A stretch of DNA of 64,000 bases from Methanothrix sp. (lineage in GTDB: Archaea > Halobacteriota > Methanosarcinia > Methanotrichales > Methanotrichaceae), in assembly GCA_037128175.1 (NCBI GenBank), contig JBAXWY010000001.1:96001-160000 (forward strand). The letters run 5' to 3'. The position numbers were made by a program, and so were the translations under genes. The notes under the pieces are model-generated. The model saw nothing but the letters and a program-made list of their open reading frames with translations. It ran no database searches and had not been told where the DNA came from. Below, piece after piece: positions 37,196-48,110 of this stretch (position 1 is its first letter; every line of letters begins with the position of its first letter).

Positions 37196-38806
37196 ATGAT
37201 GAAAGAGGCGCTTTCGGCATTCGGTGACGGCAAGGCCCTTGGCCAGGAGCTGCGGCGCATAGTCGAGGCCATTTTAGCGGGCGATATTAAGACGCAGGCG
37301 GATCTGGAGTCGCACAAGAAGGACGCCTCATCTCGGCTAGCCCTCTCATCTCTCCCCAGCAATGCCGATATACTCGGCTTCGCTTCTACCCAGGAGCGGG
37401 CCCAGCTCAAGATGCTGGTGCGTAAGCCCACGCGAACCCTCTCCGGCGTGGCGGTCATCGCGGCCATGACCTCTCCCGCCCGCTGCCCGCACGGCACCTG
37501 CGTTCCCTGTCCGGGCGGCATTCTTTGCTCTTCAGCGCAAAGCTACACCGGTCGCGAGCCGGCAGCACTTCGGGCAGCGCAGCACGATTACGACCCCTAC
37601 CGCCAGGTAACGGCACGGCTGGCTCAGCTGGATGAGATTGGCCACCCCTTAGACAAGTCGGAGCTGATCATCATGGGCGGAACGATCACGGCGCGCCCTT
37701 TAGGCTATCAGCACTGGTTTGTCAAACGCTGTCTGCAGGCCATGAATGATTATCCTGCGGCAAATGTTCCAGGCCAAAGGTACCAGTCGTTTGCCGATGT
37801 GGCCGCAGCCAATGAGACGGCATCGGTTAGAAACATCGGCACCACCTTCGAGACCCGGCCGGACTACTGCGGTCCAGCGGAGACAATGAACATGTTGCTT
37901 CTCGGCGCCACCAAGGTGGAACTGGGCGTGCAGAGCACCCGTGATGATATCTTAGAGAATATGAAGCGAGGCCATACGGTAGAGGACTCCGTACGGGCCA
38001 ATAGCGCTCTAAGAGAGGTGGGCCTGAAGGTGGGCTTTCACATGATGCCGGGACTGCCCGGCTCCTCGCCAAAGGTGGATCTGGAGGTCTTTCGTGAGCT
38101 TTTCTCGGATAGCCGCTTTCGCCCGGACTACCTCAAAATATATCCGACATTAGTCGTGGAAGGAACCGAGCTTTACCGGCAGTACCTGCTCGGGGAATAC
38201 GTCCCTCTGGGCGACGCAGCAGCGGCAGAGCTTGTATCTCAAATAAAGGAGATTCTGCCTGCCTACGTTCGGCTGCAGCGTGTGCAGCGAGACATTCCTG
38301 CTCAGCTCATCGTGGCGGGGGTCAAAAAATCCAATCTACGTCAGCTTGCCCAGCAGCAGCTTTCGGCCCGTTACAGCCATTGCCGCTGCATCCGCTGCCG
38401 AGAAGCGGGGCTGCGCCGGTTCTTGGGAGGAGAAGTGCGATTTGTGCATGAGGTCTATGAGGCATGCGGTGGAGCCGAGCACTTTTTGTCCTTTGAGGGG
38501 GAGGACGAGACAATCGTCGGATTCCTGCGTCTACGACTTTCTGCCAGCGCCCGGGTAAGGGAGCTGCATGTCTACGGGCCCATGCTTCCCATCGGCAGCA
38601 GAGCGGAAGGGTGGCAGCACCGTGGTTACGGGGAAAAACTGTTGCATGCGGCAGAGACACTGGCAGAAGAGGCGGGCTACGGCTCCCTGGAAATTACCAG
38701 CGGCATTGGGGCCAGAGGCTACTATCGGCGGCTGGGATATGAGCTATGCGGGCCTTACATGACCAAGCTATTAAAATGGGATCAAAGCACCACAACCATT
38801 AAATAG
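37196..38806 (+). CDS. elp3: tRNA uridine(34) acetyltransferase Elp3 (radical SAM plus GNAT)
   Basis: KPTRTLSGVAV, CPHG.C.PCPGG, ETRPDYC, LKIYPTLV, RELHVYG, QHRGYG. Confidence 0.96.
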   Translation: MMKEALSAFGDGKALGQELRRIVEAILAGDIKTQADLESHKKDASSRLALSSLPSNADILGFASTQERAQLKMLVRKPTRTLSGVAVIAAMTSPARCPHGTCVPCPGGILCSSAQSYTGREPAALRAAQHDYDPYRQVTARLAQLDEIGHPLDKSELIIMGGTITARPLGYQHWFVKRCLQAMNDYPAANVPGQRYQSFADVAAANETASVRNIGTTFETRPDYCGPAETMNMLLLGATKVELGVQSTRDDILENMKRGHTVEDSVRANSALREVGLKVGFHMMPGLPGSSPKVDLEVFRELFSDSRFRPDYLKIYPTLVVEGTELYRQYLLGEYVPLGDAAAAELVSQIKEILPAYVRLQRVQRDIPAQLIVAGVKKSNLRQLAQQQLSARYSHCRCIRCREAGLRRFLGGEVRFVHEVYEACGGAEHFLSFEGEDETIVGFLRLRLSASARVRELHVYGPMLPIGSRAEGWQHRGYGEKLLHAAETLAEEAGYGSLEITSGIGARGYYRRLGYELCGPYMTKLLKWDQSTTTIK

Positions 38807-38846
38807 CGTGCACCAAAGAGGATTTGCGGTTCTGAGGAATTATAAT

Positions 38847-39230
38847 ATGCGTTGGCAAGGCAAATTTGGAAGGAAGCCCACCGGGGGAAAATTGATTCTC
38901 GCCAGGGGCAAGAGAAAGTGTGAGATAGGCAGAGAGCAGAGCGACACCACCATTGCCGCGGTCCGGGTTAAGAAGATCGAGACAAAAGGCGGAAATATAA
39001 AGCTACGCATGCTGCGGGGCGATATGGCCACAATTGCCGATTCCGTGACCGGCAAGTCCAAGATGGTCAAGATTGAGACCGTAAAGGAAAACAAGGCCAA
39101 TCTGCACTACATGAGAAGGAACATTCTCACCAAGGGTGCGATCATCAAGACGGAAATGGGAGATGCCAGGATAACCAACCGGCCCGGCCAGGATGGCGTC
39201 ATCAATGCCATACTGCTACCTGCCGCTTAA
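38847..39230 (+). CDS. rps8e: 30S ribosomal protein S8e
   Basis: WQG...RKPTGG, GGN.K.R, RRNILTKGAII.T..G.A.IT.RPGQDG.INA. Confidence 0.97.
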   Translation: MRWQGKFGRKPTGGKLILARGKRKCEIGREQSDTTIAAVRVKKIETKGGNIKLRMLRGDMATIADSVTGKSKMVKIETVKENKANLHYMRRNILTKGAIIKTEMGDARITNRPGQDGVINAILLPAA

Positions 39231-39248
39231 AACCCCCTTCTCTTTTAA

Positions 39249-39458
39249 ATGTTCGTCGTCTTCCGGTGTAGTTGTGGTCGCCACCTCTACTCCTTGAAGG
39301 ACGCCAAGTCCAGGACCTGCCCCTGTGGAAAGAGAACTATTCTTAGCAAGACGAGAGTCTTAGCCCAGGCGGAGGACGCTTATGCGGCAGGCGATATCGT
39401 GAGAAAGCTGCAGCTTGAGGGGCACGGCATGACCGGATTTAAATCGGCCGGGCCATAG
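39249..39458 (+). CDS. Small zinc-ribbon protein (DUF1922-like)
   Basis: FRCSCGR.LY....K.RTCPCGK. Confidence 0.75.
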   Translation: MFVVFRCSCGRHLYSLKDAKSRTCPCGKRTILSKTRVLAQAEDAYAAGDIVRKLQLEGHGMTGFKSAGP

Positions 39459-39466
39459 CCAAATCT

Positions 39467-40267
39467 ATGCGCCTCAAAGAGAAGCTGCATGGAGTAGTGC
39501 CAGAGGGGTGCCAGAGCTTACTCTCGAATCGCTTTCATGTCATTGGGAATATTGCCATACTCTCTCTTGCCCCGGAGCTGGCAGGATACAAGAAGAAGAT
39601 TGCAGAGGCTGTGCTCTCTTCCGGCAAGAGCATTCATACCGTGCTGAATAAAACCACCAAGCTGCAAGGTGAGAGAAGGGTGGCCGGCTTTGAGCTCTTA
39701 GCAGGTGTCGCCAATACAGTCACCACGCATAAGGAATTCGGCTTTCTTTACCGTCTGGATGTAGCAAATGTCTTCTTTAACAGCCATCTCGGCTACGAGA
39801 GAATGAGGGTGGCGGCAGCGGTCGTGGCTGGTGAGGATGTGCTGCTTCCGTTCTCTGGCGTGGGACCGTTCGCCGTTCCCCTGGCAGCTTATGGCGCTCA
39901 TGTCCTGGCCCTGGAGAAAAATCGCGAAGCATGCCTTTATTTGGCGGAGAACGCCAGGCTGAATCGAGTGGAAAAGATGATCGCGATAATAAACGCGGAT
40001 GCCTTTCACATGGCCAAGCTGCTCCGAAAGGATTTTCACAGGGCCGTCATTCCCGCGCCCTACGGAGCAGAAGGAATTTTAGAAACAGTATTGCCCCTGA
40101 TGAAATCCGGGGGAATTTTGCACTTTTATACCTTCAAGAAGCGCCATCAGATCGAGCCACTCAAGAAGAGCTACCAAGATCTGGGCCTGGAGGTTATGCA
40201 TGCTCATAGCTGCGGCAATGTCGCTCCCGGAGTCTGCCGCTGGGTCTTTGATCTGGCGAAATCCTGA
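39467..40267 (+). CDS. Trm5/TYW2-family SAM-dependent tRNA methyltransferase
   Basis: F.VIG.IAI, T.HKEFG..Y.LD...VFFN, PFSGVGPFAV, LAENARLN. Confidence 0.85.
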   Translation: MRLKEKLHGVVPEGCQSLLSNRFHVIGNIAILSLAPELAGYKKKIAEAVLSSGKSIHTVLNKTTKLQGERRVAGFELLAGVANTVTTHKEFGFLYRLDVANVFFNSHLGYERMRVAAAVVAGEDVLLPFSGVGPFAVPLAAYGAHVLALEKNREACLYLAENARLNRVEKMIAIINADAFHMAKLLRKDFHRAVIPAPYGAEGILETVLPLMKSGGILHFYTFKKRHQIEPLKKSYQDLGLEVMHAHSCGNVAPGVCRWVFDLAKS

Positions 40268-40310
40268 ATACGGAAATCCTTAAATACGGCGATTGACGTA
40301 CATGTGTATT

Positions 40311-40400
40311 GGCAAAGGTCGAATACTCATTTCTTTCCCTCCGATGACTTTTGCCTCCCTCCTATTTACACAATTTTCTGCCTTGCACCTTCTCTTCTGG
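40311..40400 (+). ncRNA. Candidate small RNA with anti-SD/anti-AUG hairpin loop
   Basis: BRE/TATA-like GAAATCCTTAAATA about 25 nt upstream; stem GGCAAAGGTC/GACTTTTGCC; loop contains CTCATTTCTTTCCCTCC; 3' end uncertain. Confidence 0.5.
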
Positions 40401-40449
40401 AAATGATAGTACTGCAAGGCCGAAATAAACCAATGTTTTGACTTCGCGG

Positions 40450-40505
40450 CTTCGCGCCTTCGCGTGAAAGCGGACCCTGTTTGAATCTCACGCGAAGTCG
40501 CGAAG
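40450..40505. repeat. REP-like inverted repeat (CACGCGAAG variant)
   Basis: CTTCGCGCCTTCGCGTGA and TCACGCGAAGTCGCGAAG, 17/18 complementary, between convergent genes. Confidence 0.75.
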
Positions 40506-40539
40506 GACGATCAGCCGTTCACAAAGGCACATTATCCAC

Positions 40540-41757
40540 TCATAATATCGACGATATCGTAGCCAGGGCGAAAGCTGCCAGGCCCAGCAGGCTGAGGGGC
40601 AAAGTGTACCCCATAACAGTTTCCTTCATGCTCGCTCCTGTGGAGCTTTTGATGAGCCAGAAGTAGGGATCGGTGACATAGGAGAACATGAAAGCTCCGG
40701 ATGCAATGAGCAGGGCTAAAGTTACTCCAGGAAGCGGATAGTATGCCAGGATCTGCACGGCAACTGTAGCCGTCACCACCCTGGACCCCTGAGCCAGCTG
40801 CAAAGCGGCAGATACCAGGAAGGGCAAGAGCAAAGCTGGCAGAAAATGTCCCAAACGAAAGATCTCCTGACCTAAGCCGCTTTGCGCCACCACATAGCCG
40901 AAAGCACCCGCACCGCATAGGTCCAGCAATATCACGCCGGATCTTCGCGAGGCCACATGAATCAGCTCATGCATCTTCTTTCTCTCCAATGCCAAACCGA
41001 GCATGGCCCCCAGGAGCAGGGCAATGCCCGGATCTGCCAAAATACGCATCTTCTCAGGCAGGCTATTGCCCAGCAGTATCAAGGCTATTGGTACCAGCAG
41101 AGGGGCCCAGGCACGTGACCTGCTCATTTTTGGGGTGGCTCTGATCTCTTTTGATTCCGCGTCCTCAATATCCGGGAAAAAATGCTTCATAAGGACGTAG
41201 GCCAGAGCGAACAAAACCAATGAGAGGGGGATGCAGCGCATGAGCAGATCGTACGGTTGCGCCCCCAGGCCCGTGGAGAGGGTGATCATGACCGGAGAGG
41301 GATAGATGAGGTTGAAAGAGATTATGGAGCAGGCTGCTGTCATGAAAAGGGCCCTTTTGCCGTTCGGGCTGTCTTTTCCGGCCAGGCCGCTTACCACCGG
41401 CTGCAAAATCATGTAGGCGGTGATGCTGCACATCACAGGCAGCGAGATGAGGTACCCGGCCGCTCCGCCGATAGCCAGGCTCTTGCCGACCAGTCGCCCC
41501 AGGTCGGCAACGATCCGCTCCAGGCTCTGTGTGCTGCGCAGATACTCCGCCAGCAGGGCACCGCTGAATACTACTATGGCCAGGGAGGAAAAGATCCTGG
41601 ATAGTCCCGTGGAGATATATCCCAGCAACTCTCCGTCCATGCCCACCAGGAGGCCAAAGACGATAGAGGAGATGATTAAACTTAAGAACGGACCAATCCT
41701 CGGTATGATCAAACTGACGAAAATTACGGTGGCCAGAAAAGCAAGGAACGGGTCCAT
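40540..41757 (-). CDS. GntP-family permease
   Basis: Multi-TM; LIYPSP, GAGAFG, AQGSRVV, SYVTDPYFW. Confidence 0.85.
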   Translation of the reverse strand: MDPFLAFLATVIFVSLIIPRIGPFLSLIISSIVFGLLVGMDGELLGYISTGLSRIFSSLAIVVFSGALLAEYLRSTQSLERIVADLGRLVGKSLAIGGAAGYLISLPVMCSITAYMILQPVVSGLAGKDSPNGKRALFMTAACSIISFNLIYPSPVMITLSTGLGAQPYDLLMRCIPLSLVLFALAYVLMKHFFPDIEDAESKEIRATPKMSRSRAWAPLLVPIALILLGNSLPEKMRILADPGIALLLGAMLGLALERKKMHELIHVASRRSGVILLDLCGAGAFGYVVAQSGLGQEIFRLGHFLPALLLPFLVSAALQLAQGSRVVTATVAVQILAYYPLPGVTLALLIASGAFMFSYVTDPYFWLIKSSTGASMKETVMGYTLPLSLLGLAAFALATISSIL

Positions 41758-41953
41758 ACTGTCAAGTATATCTTCATAGCTATAAAACCATAATTATGCC
41801 AGAGATGACTTTTTCCCCTAAACATCCGAAACGCATTTATAGATAGAAATATAAAAAAAGGCAGAGAAGGGAAATAGTCTTATTTAAATCAGGCCAGATC
41901 GTGAAATAGCGATCCTTGGCAAGGGATAGTTTGGCAGGGGAAGGGAGTAGTGG

Positions 41954-44900
41954 CATGAGTAGAGGTAGCTTTAGGGGTAGACTACCTCGGGGGAGGCTTG
42001 ACTATAAGGTAAGTCCGGCACTCCTGGGCGTAGCCATGTTCTTGGTTATTCTAGTTCCATCTCTATTCTATATATTTCCAAATGTCCTCGACTCTTCGCA
42101 ATCATATTCTCCAGAATTGTTATATCGTCTCGAATTAAAATCAAGCCCTCTTTCCACCCCAGACGATCCGAATTCAGATAGCAATGCATTGCAAAATGTC
42201 GCCTCCAACGGGGCATCTCTTTTGGCCACCGTCCAACAGTCGCCCGAAATGTCTCAGGTCTACCTGGAGAACACCGGCTCCGTGGAATTGCACCAGGTGC
42301 AGATTGTGGGCGGGGGAAGGTCCTTAGGCATACTATCCGAGCTTGTTTGCGGCGAGAGGAAGGTGCTGGCCGTCAGCGGCTCCCCGGAGGAACTGCGAGT
42401 GTCTGCGCTCGATCCTTCCCAGGGAACGGTTCAGGCTCGCGTCCAGTATATCCCGTCAGCCACAAGCAATGATATCACAAGCCCCGTTTCCAGTGAAGAA
42501 GTGCTGAGCACCAAATCAGCCCCATCCATTGCACCCACCTTTTCCGGGTCGCCAGGCTCCGACGCCGCAGCACCTTCGCCCATTGATCGGCCTGGTGGAG
42601 AGATGCCAGAAATATCTGCACTCTTGCTGACCATTACTGCCAATAAGTCAGAAGGCAGATCCGGCGAGGTCGTGGGCTACAGATGCCTGGCGAAAAACCA
42701 GGGGGCAGCCGAACTGTCCGACATCCAGATCTCTTGTGCCGGAAAGGTGGCCTCCACAAAGTATCTGCCTGCCGGCAAGGAGCTTTTCCTGGATGGAGCC
42801 GTGCCGATTGAGAATAATACCCGGCTATCGGCCGGCGTGCGAGCCTTGGATGCCAGGGGCAGGATCTACACTAACAATACGTCTTTCGACATCTGGAAGA
42901 TATCTCCAATCCTTCGGCTTATGGTTACTGCCCCCCCGCGGCTGCACCGCGGCGAGAACGTTTCCCTGCAAATTCGCATTGAAAATAAGGGGACGGAAAA
43001 CCTCACCGATATTCTTGTCAGGGATAGTTTGGGGGAGATAGGGCGGATAGCTCAACTTCCGGCGGGCGATTTTCAGGTGCTGCAAAAAGAGCTTACGGTC
43101 TTTCAGAGCCAGAAGGACGCGTTTTCGGTTATCGCCCATGATCGGGCAGGAGCTGAGGTCTATGCCAGTGAGATGTTCGGCCTTAGGGTACTAAACTCCT
43201 CGCTCTTGATACAGGGCGATCCTTCTGAGGTCAGGATTTCTCCAGGAGAGCCCGCCGAGGTGACCTGGATCTTGAGCAACAGCGGAGAGGAATTCCTGCA
43301 AAATATTACCTTAGATGGAGACGGGAAGAGGCGCATTCTCAAGGAACTGGCTCCCGGCCAATCGGTAAAGATGGCGGCCATTTACACCAAGAACTCTACC
43401 ACCTGGATAAACGTTACTGCGAAGGGATTTGATGGTAACGGTTTTGAGGCAGTCAGCACGGCGGGAGTTCTTTTAATGTCCGTTTTGCCCGGCATCACCT
43501 TGAAGGCCATGCCCGCCGAGATTGAGGTCTGTCCGGATGAGGCGGCAGAGATTAGTGTCCTTGTCACCAATTCCGGAGACGATCGCCTGGAGAATGTAGC
43601 TTTGACTTTGAACGGCTCCACGCTTGCCACTCTAGGTGAGCTGCAGCCGGGTGAGTTCAGAGTGATAAAATCTAAAACGGTGATATCAGACAATTGCACA
43701 ATTCAATTTGAGGCCACGGGAAGAGACTCGCGCGGCAGCACCCTGTCGGACAGAGCAAATGTCAAGGTAGCGGCAGTAGTTGCCGCTCTCAAGATATTCG
43801 TCAGCTCTTCGCCGCCAGCTATAGTGCCGGGAGAAAAGAGCCTTCTCACCTGCACCGTGGCCAACACCGGAAGTGTCCCTCTCTACAGCATATTCGTTAT
43901 CAGCAAAAAGCTGGGGCCTCTGGGCAATATCGATTATCTTTTACCCAAGCGCCAGACGACGGTCGCTTCCGAAAAGATGATGAGTGAAGCTATCGATGAC
44001 ACCATAACCGCAGAAGGCTTCACTCAAGACCAGAAGCCCGTGCGCGGCACCTTTAGCCTGAGCCTGAAGCTTCTTCGTTCTCCCGGTCAGGTCTTGGAGG
44101 CCTCCGAAAGTCAGGCATCCAGTCCTTTGCAGCCGTCTGCCGTGACGATGGCTTCGGCCAACATCAGCTTCGGCAATTTCAGCCTGCCCTTCAATCTGCC
44201 TGCCCAGGAGGAGACGTCCTCCGAGGTATCGAGAACGATGGCCAGCGATGTGGACCGCACGGCAACAAAGCAAAACAATGTAGTATTGGATAAAATTGCT
44301 AACCTGCTGCACTATGTGGAAAGTCTTCTGGGATTGAATGGTAGCGAGAGTGATCCCCAAGGCGAGAATGAATCCCAATCGCATGCCGCACAGGAGCTCT
44401 CTCCTGCTGGAAAAGATAGCCTGCCCGGATCTAAAAATTACGAGCTATCCATTGCGGGAGTGAAGGGCTCAGAGCACGGAGCCATATCTATTCTGGATGT
44501 TAATGCACTGCCCTCTCAGCCTGCTGCCAATGAGCCGATCAAGGTAACCGTGCACCTGCAAAGCCAGGATGGAATAAAGTCTGCATTGGTGAAATACGGC
44601 CTATCTGAGCTGCCACTCACCAGGCAAGATATGCAAAGCGTGGATCAGGTCTATGACTGCGCCCTAGCTCTGGAATCAGGCAGCCAGGAAGACGGATACT
44701 GGAGCGGCACCATTCCCGGCCGGGGGCCGGGCACCTACATGCCTCTTTCGGTCTTTATAACGGGCACATCGAGCACTGCTGAAGGCGGACCGTATTTGAT
44801 CCACTGGAGTACAGTCAACTCCGTCCAGGAGCGAACAATCGTCGCCCCCTCCGGAAGAAACGGCATGCTCTTCATTGAGTCCTCATCCGTAAAAGGCAGA

Positions 44901-45356
44901 GGCGAGGTCTCCATCAAGGATACCATCCAGGGATCGACGATGCAGTTCGATGAGAAGATAATGGGCAACGGCTCCATCAGCCTGGAGACGCTGCGCACCA
45001 TTGATCGCAGCGGGTCGGTGGACAATTTCACCGAGAAGAAGGATCTGGTTTTCACCGGCGGCAATCTCAAAGGCCATAAGACTCTGGCCTCTCCTAATTT
45101 CCAGGGGGGCTTGGGAGCCTCGGTCACGGAGAGGTTCAACTTAAGCCATGTGGACAAGAGCGAGACCTCCAGCGTAAGCAGCCAGAATTATGCCAACAAT
45201 ACTCTGGCCTTCAAGACGGACCAGGCCTTCGATGGAACCTGGAACATCCAGACCAAATATGCCAAGTTCTACAAGAAGATCAAGGCCGATCAGAAGTACA
45301 CCGGCTCCTTCCAGACACAGAAGGATATCAAGTTCCAGGATGCTGGACAGAAATAA
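41954..45356 (+). CDS. Large membrane-anchored surface protein with tandem Ig-like (CARDB/DUF11-like) repeats
   Basis: N-terminal TM; repeated N.G...L..I...(L.PG) modules; start codon uncertain. Confidence 0.8.
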
Positions 45357-45461
45357 TTAAAGACTATTTGGGCGATCTTCCACATTAGGAAAAGAAGGTC
45401 ATTGGCTTAAGAAGTGGCCTTCGAGCAGGCTCAGAATAACGATGCTCGAATATGCCGCGTT

Positions 45462-46109
45462 TCAGATTATGCCCTTAACTCGCAGCGCAGATTTGATCTC
45501 GGCCAGCTCGCTCTCGATGTACTCAAACCTCTGGTCCATGTGACCCGTCAGGTCCCGCCTCAATCCCTTAATCTCGTCGATGGTATCATCCTGCTTGTCA
45601 AGCATCTTGTCCATACGGCAATTTGCGCCATCCATCTTGCTATTCAAGCCATCCATCTTGCAGTTCATGTCGTCCATCCTGCAATTTAGGCCGTCCATCT
45701 TGACGTTAAAGCTGTCCATCTTTGAGTTCAAGCCATCAAAGCCGGGTTCAGTGATTGCAATGAGTTTGTTGATGCCTGACATCATGCATTTTAGGATTTC
45801 AATTCCTTCATCCAATCGCTCCCCTATATCATTAGGGGCGGTGATTTTTCGGAATATCGAGAACTCCCCGGATGCATTTGAGTAACAGGCATCGACCTTC
45901 TCCACGTTTATCAGAGAATTTTCTATCTTGATGGCGGAAGCGAACTCCTCCACTGCCCCTTTATCACCTTCAGCAATCACCAATACCCGGCCGTCAGGAT
46001 AGTTCTGGACGATTCCCACAAGACCACGGTTGCCGGCCAGGGAGACTACTTTTGCACGGTAGCCCACCCTTTGCACTCTTCCGGAAACGTAGGCAGTCAA
46101 TCGCATCAT
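45462..46109 (-). CDS. Acylphosphatase with C-terminal heptad coiled-coil extension
   Basis: VSGRVQRVGYR, G.VQN.PDGRV..IAEG; MDGLNSK-type heptads. Confidence 0.88.
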   Translation of the reverse strand: MMRLTAYVSGRVQRVGYRAKVVSLAGNRGLVGIVQNYPDGRVLVIAEGDKGAVEEFASAIKIENSLINVEKVDACYSNASGEFSIFRKITAPNDIGERLDEGIEILKCMMSGINKLIAITEPGFDGLNSKMDSFNVKMDGLNCRMDDMNCKMDGLNSKMDGANCRMDKMLDKQDDTIDEIKGLRRDLTGHMDQRFEYIESELAEIKSALRVKGII

Positions 46110-46188
46110 GATAAATCACATTTAGTTGCTACAGTTAAATAGATTGCGCACTTAGATATTTCTTTGCTCATAAAAAATTATTTCCCAC

Positions 46189-46545
46189 TCAGCTCCGTCC
46201 CGCTCCAGCCGCCTTCCGCCAGACCTCGTCGCTATTGTCCATGGACTCGATCTGGTCGTGGATATCGATACGGTGCTGCACCTCGGCTGCCCGCAGCCTA
46301 TCTTCCATAGAAAGCCGCAGATTCTCCCGGGCAGCGTCTCGCAACTCTTCTGCCTCTTGCCAGAGCTTCTCCGCCTCTGCGGCGTCTGCCGCCCTGGTCT
46401 CCACCGACTTGGCCCGAAGCTCCATCTCTCTTAGCAGGGCCGCATCGTGCTCCTCTTTCAGGCGCTTGGCATCGGCCAGCAGTTCATCGACCTCACGGGT
46501 CATATCCTCTTTGCTTCTGGCAACCAGATCATTTTCTGAGAACAT
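46189..46545 (-). CDS. Hypothetical coiled-coil protein
   Basis: Charged helical ORF directly after pdxT. Confidence 0.65.
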   Translation of the reverse strand: MFSENDLVARSKEDMTREVDELLADAKRLKEEHDAALLREMELRAKSVETRAADAAEAEKLWQEAEELRDAARENLRLSMEDRLRAAEVQHRIDIHDQIESMDNSDEVWRKAAGAGRS

Positions 46546-46546
46546 A

Positions 46547-47128
46547 TCATGCCTCCAGCATCTTCAGGAATATTTGATGAATCCTTGGGTCTTTCGTCAG
46601 TTCAGGATGAAAGGCCAAAGCCAGCAGATTCTTCTGGCGTGCCGCCACCACCGCTTCCCCTACGCGCGCCAGCACCTCTACGCCATTGCCCACCTGGGCT
46701 ATGGCCGGGGCACGGATGAAAACGGCCCGGTAAGGCAGGTCCAGCCCTTTTATTTGCAGGTCTGCCTCAAAGGACTCTCTCTGCGGCCCGAAGGCATTGC
46801 GGCTGATCTTGATGTCCATGAGGCCCAAAGGCCTAATCTTGCTGTCGCCCACTACCTCCAGGGAGACCAGCACCAGGCCGGCACAGGTGGCCAGGATGGG
46901 CTTACCCTGGCACGCTGCGGCCTTCAGCTCCGGTGTGAGGCCAAAGCTTTCTAACTGGCGACGAATGGTTGTGCTCTCTCCGCCCGGCAGCACCAGGGCC
47001 TGGCACGCTTCCATCTGGCCGCTCTTTCTGATCTCCACTACCTGGACATTTTCCTTGCCCGCCCTCTCCAGGGCCAGGACGTGCTCCGAGACGTCTCCTT
47101 GCAAAGCTAGGACGCCAATCCTTGCCAC
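46547..47128 (-). CDS. pdxT: PLP synthase glutaminase subunit
   Basis: GVLALQGD..EH, LPGGESTT, TCAG, RNAFG.Q..SFE, FIRAP, FHPEL. Confidence 0.97.
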   Translation of the reverse strand: MARIGVLALQGDVSEHVLALERAGKENVQVVEIRKSGQMEACQALVLPGGESTTIRRQLESFGLTPELKAAACQGKPILATCAGLVLVSLEVVGDSKIRPLGLMDIKISRNAFGPQRESFEADLQIKGLDLPYRAVFIRAPAIAQVGNGVEVLARVGEAVVAARQKNLLALAFHPELTKDPRIHQIFLKMLEA

Positions 47129-48022
47129 TTACCAGCCCCTATTCTGCAAAGCTTCCGCTTCGGGAATCGTAGATGCATCCATTCCTTTCATGGCTGCGCC
47201 TAGACCCTTGGATACCCTGGCCAAAAGTGCCGCATCATCGTAATGGTGCACCGCTTCAACGATGGCAACCGCCATGGCCTGCGGATTTTCGGACTTGAAT
47301 ATGCCTGAGCCCACGAAGACCCCATCCGCACCTAGCTGCATCATCAACGCGGCATCCGCCGGTGTGGCCACGCCGCCCGCGGCAAAGTTGACCACAGGCA
47401 GGCGCTGCATGCTGGCGCACTCTCGGACCAGATCCAGGTCCGCTTCAATCTCCCGTGCCACCTTCATCAGTTGCAGATCGTCCATGCCCTTCAGGCTCCT
47501 GATCTGGCCATGGATCATCCTCATGTGCAAAACTGCCTGGCTCACGTCTCCCGTCCCAGCTTCACCTTTGGTCCGGATCATGGCCGCGCCTTCCTTGATG
47601 CGCCGGCAGGCTTCGCCCAGGTTTCGAGCGCCGCAGACGAAGGGAATGGTGAATTTGGTCTTCTCAATATGAAATTCATCCGCAGGAGTGAGCACCTCGG
47701 ACTCGTCCACCATATCCACGCCCAGTGCCTCTAAAATCTGGGCCTCCACAAAGTGACCGATCCTGGCCTTGGCCATGACGGGAATGGTCACCGCCTCGAT
47801 GATGGCCTCGATGATTTCTGGGTGGGCCATCCTGGCTACGCCACCCATCTTTCGGATGTCGGCAGGCACGGCATGCAAGGCCATTACGGCCACAGCGCCC
47901 GCCTCTTCCGCGATAACGGCCTGCTCTGGGGTTGTGACGTCCATGATGACGCCGCCCTTCTGCATCTTTGCGAAACCGCGCTTGAGCAGTTCCGTACCAA
48001 ATCGAAGATTTTCCAGCTCCAT
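47129..48022 (-). CDS. pdxS: PLP synthase lyase subunit
   Basis: [55 protein letters not shown]. Confidence 0.98.
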   Translation of the reverse strand: MELENLRFGTELLKRGFAKMQKGGVIMDVTTPEQAVIAEEAGAVAVMALHAVPADIRKMGGVARMAHPEIIEAIIEAVTIPVMAKARIGHFVEAQILEALGVDMVDESEVLTPADEFHIEKTKFTIPFVCGARNLGEACRRIKEGAAMIRTKGEAGTGDVSQAVLHMRMIHGQIRSLKGMDDLQLMKVAREIEADLDLVRECASMQRLPVVNFAAGGVATPADAALMMQLGADGVFVGSGIFKSENPQAMAVAIVEAVHHYDDAALLARVSKGLGAAMKGMDASTIPEAEALQNRGW

Positions 48023-48110
48023 GAATTGCCCCAAATGTTCTTAAGTGCCAGGCTAATGCAGTGAGAATAAATAAACTTTTGGGCAGGCAGGCGGCCTGCC
48101 CATTTACCAC

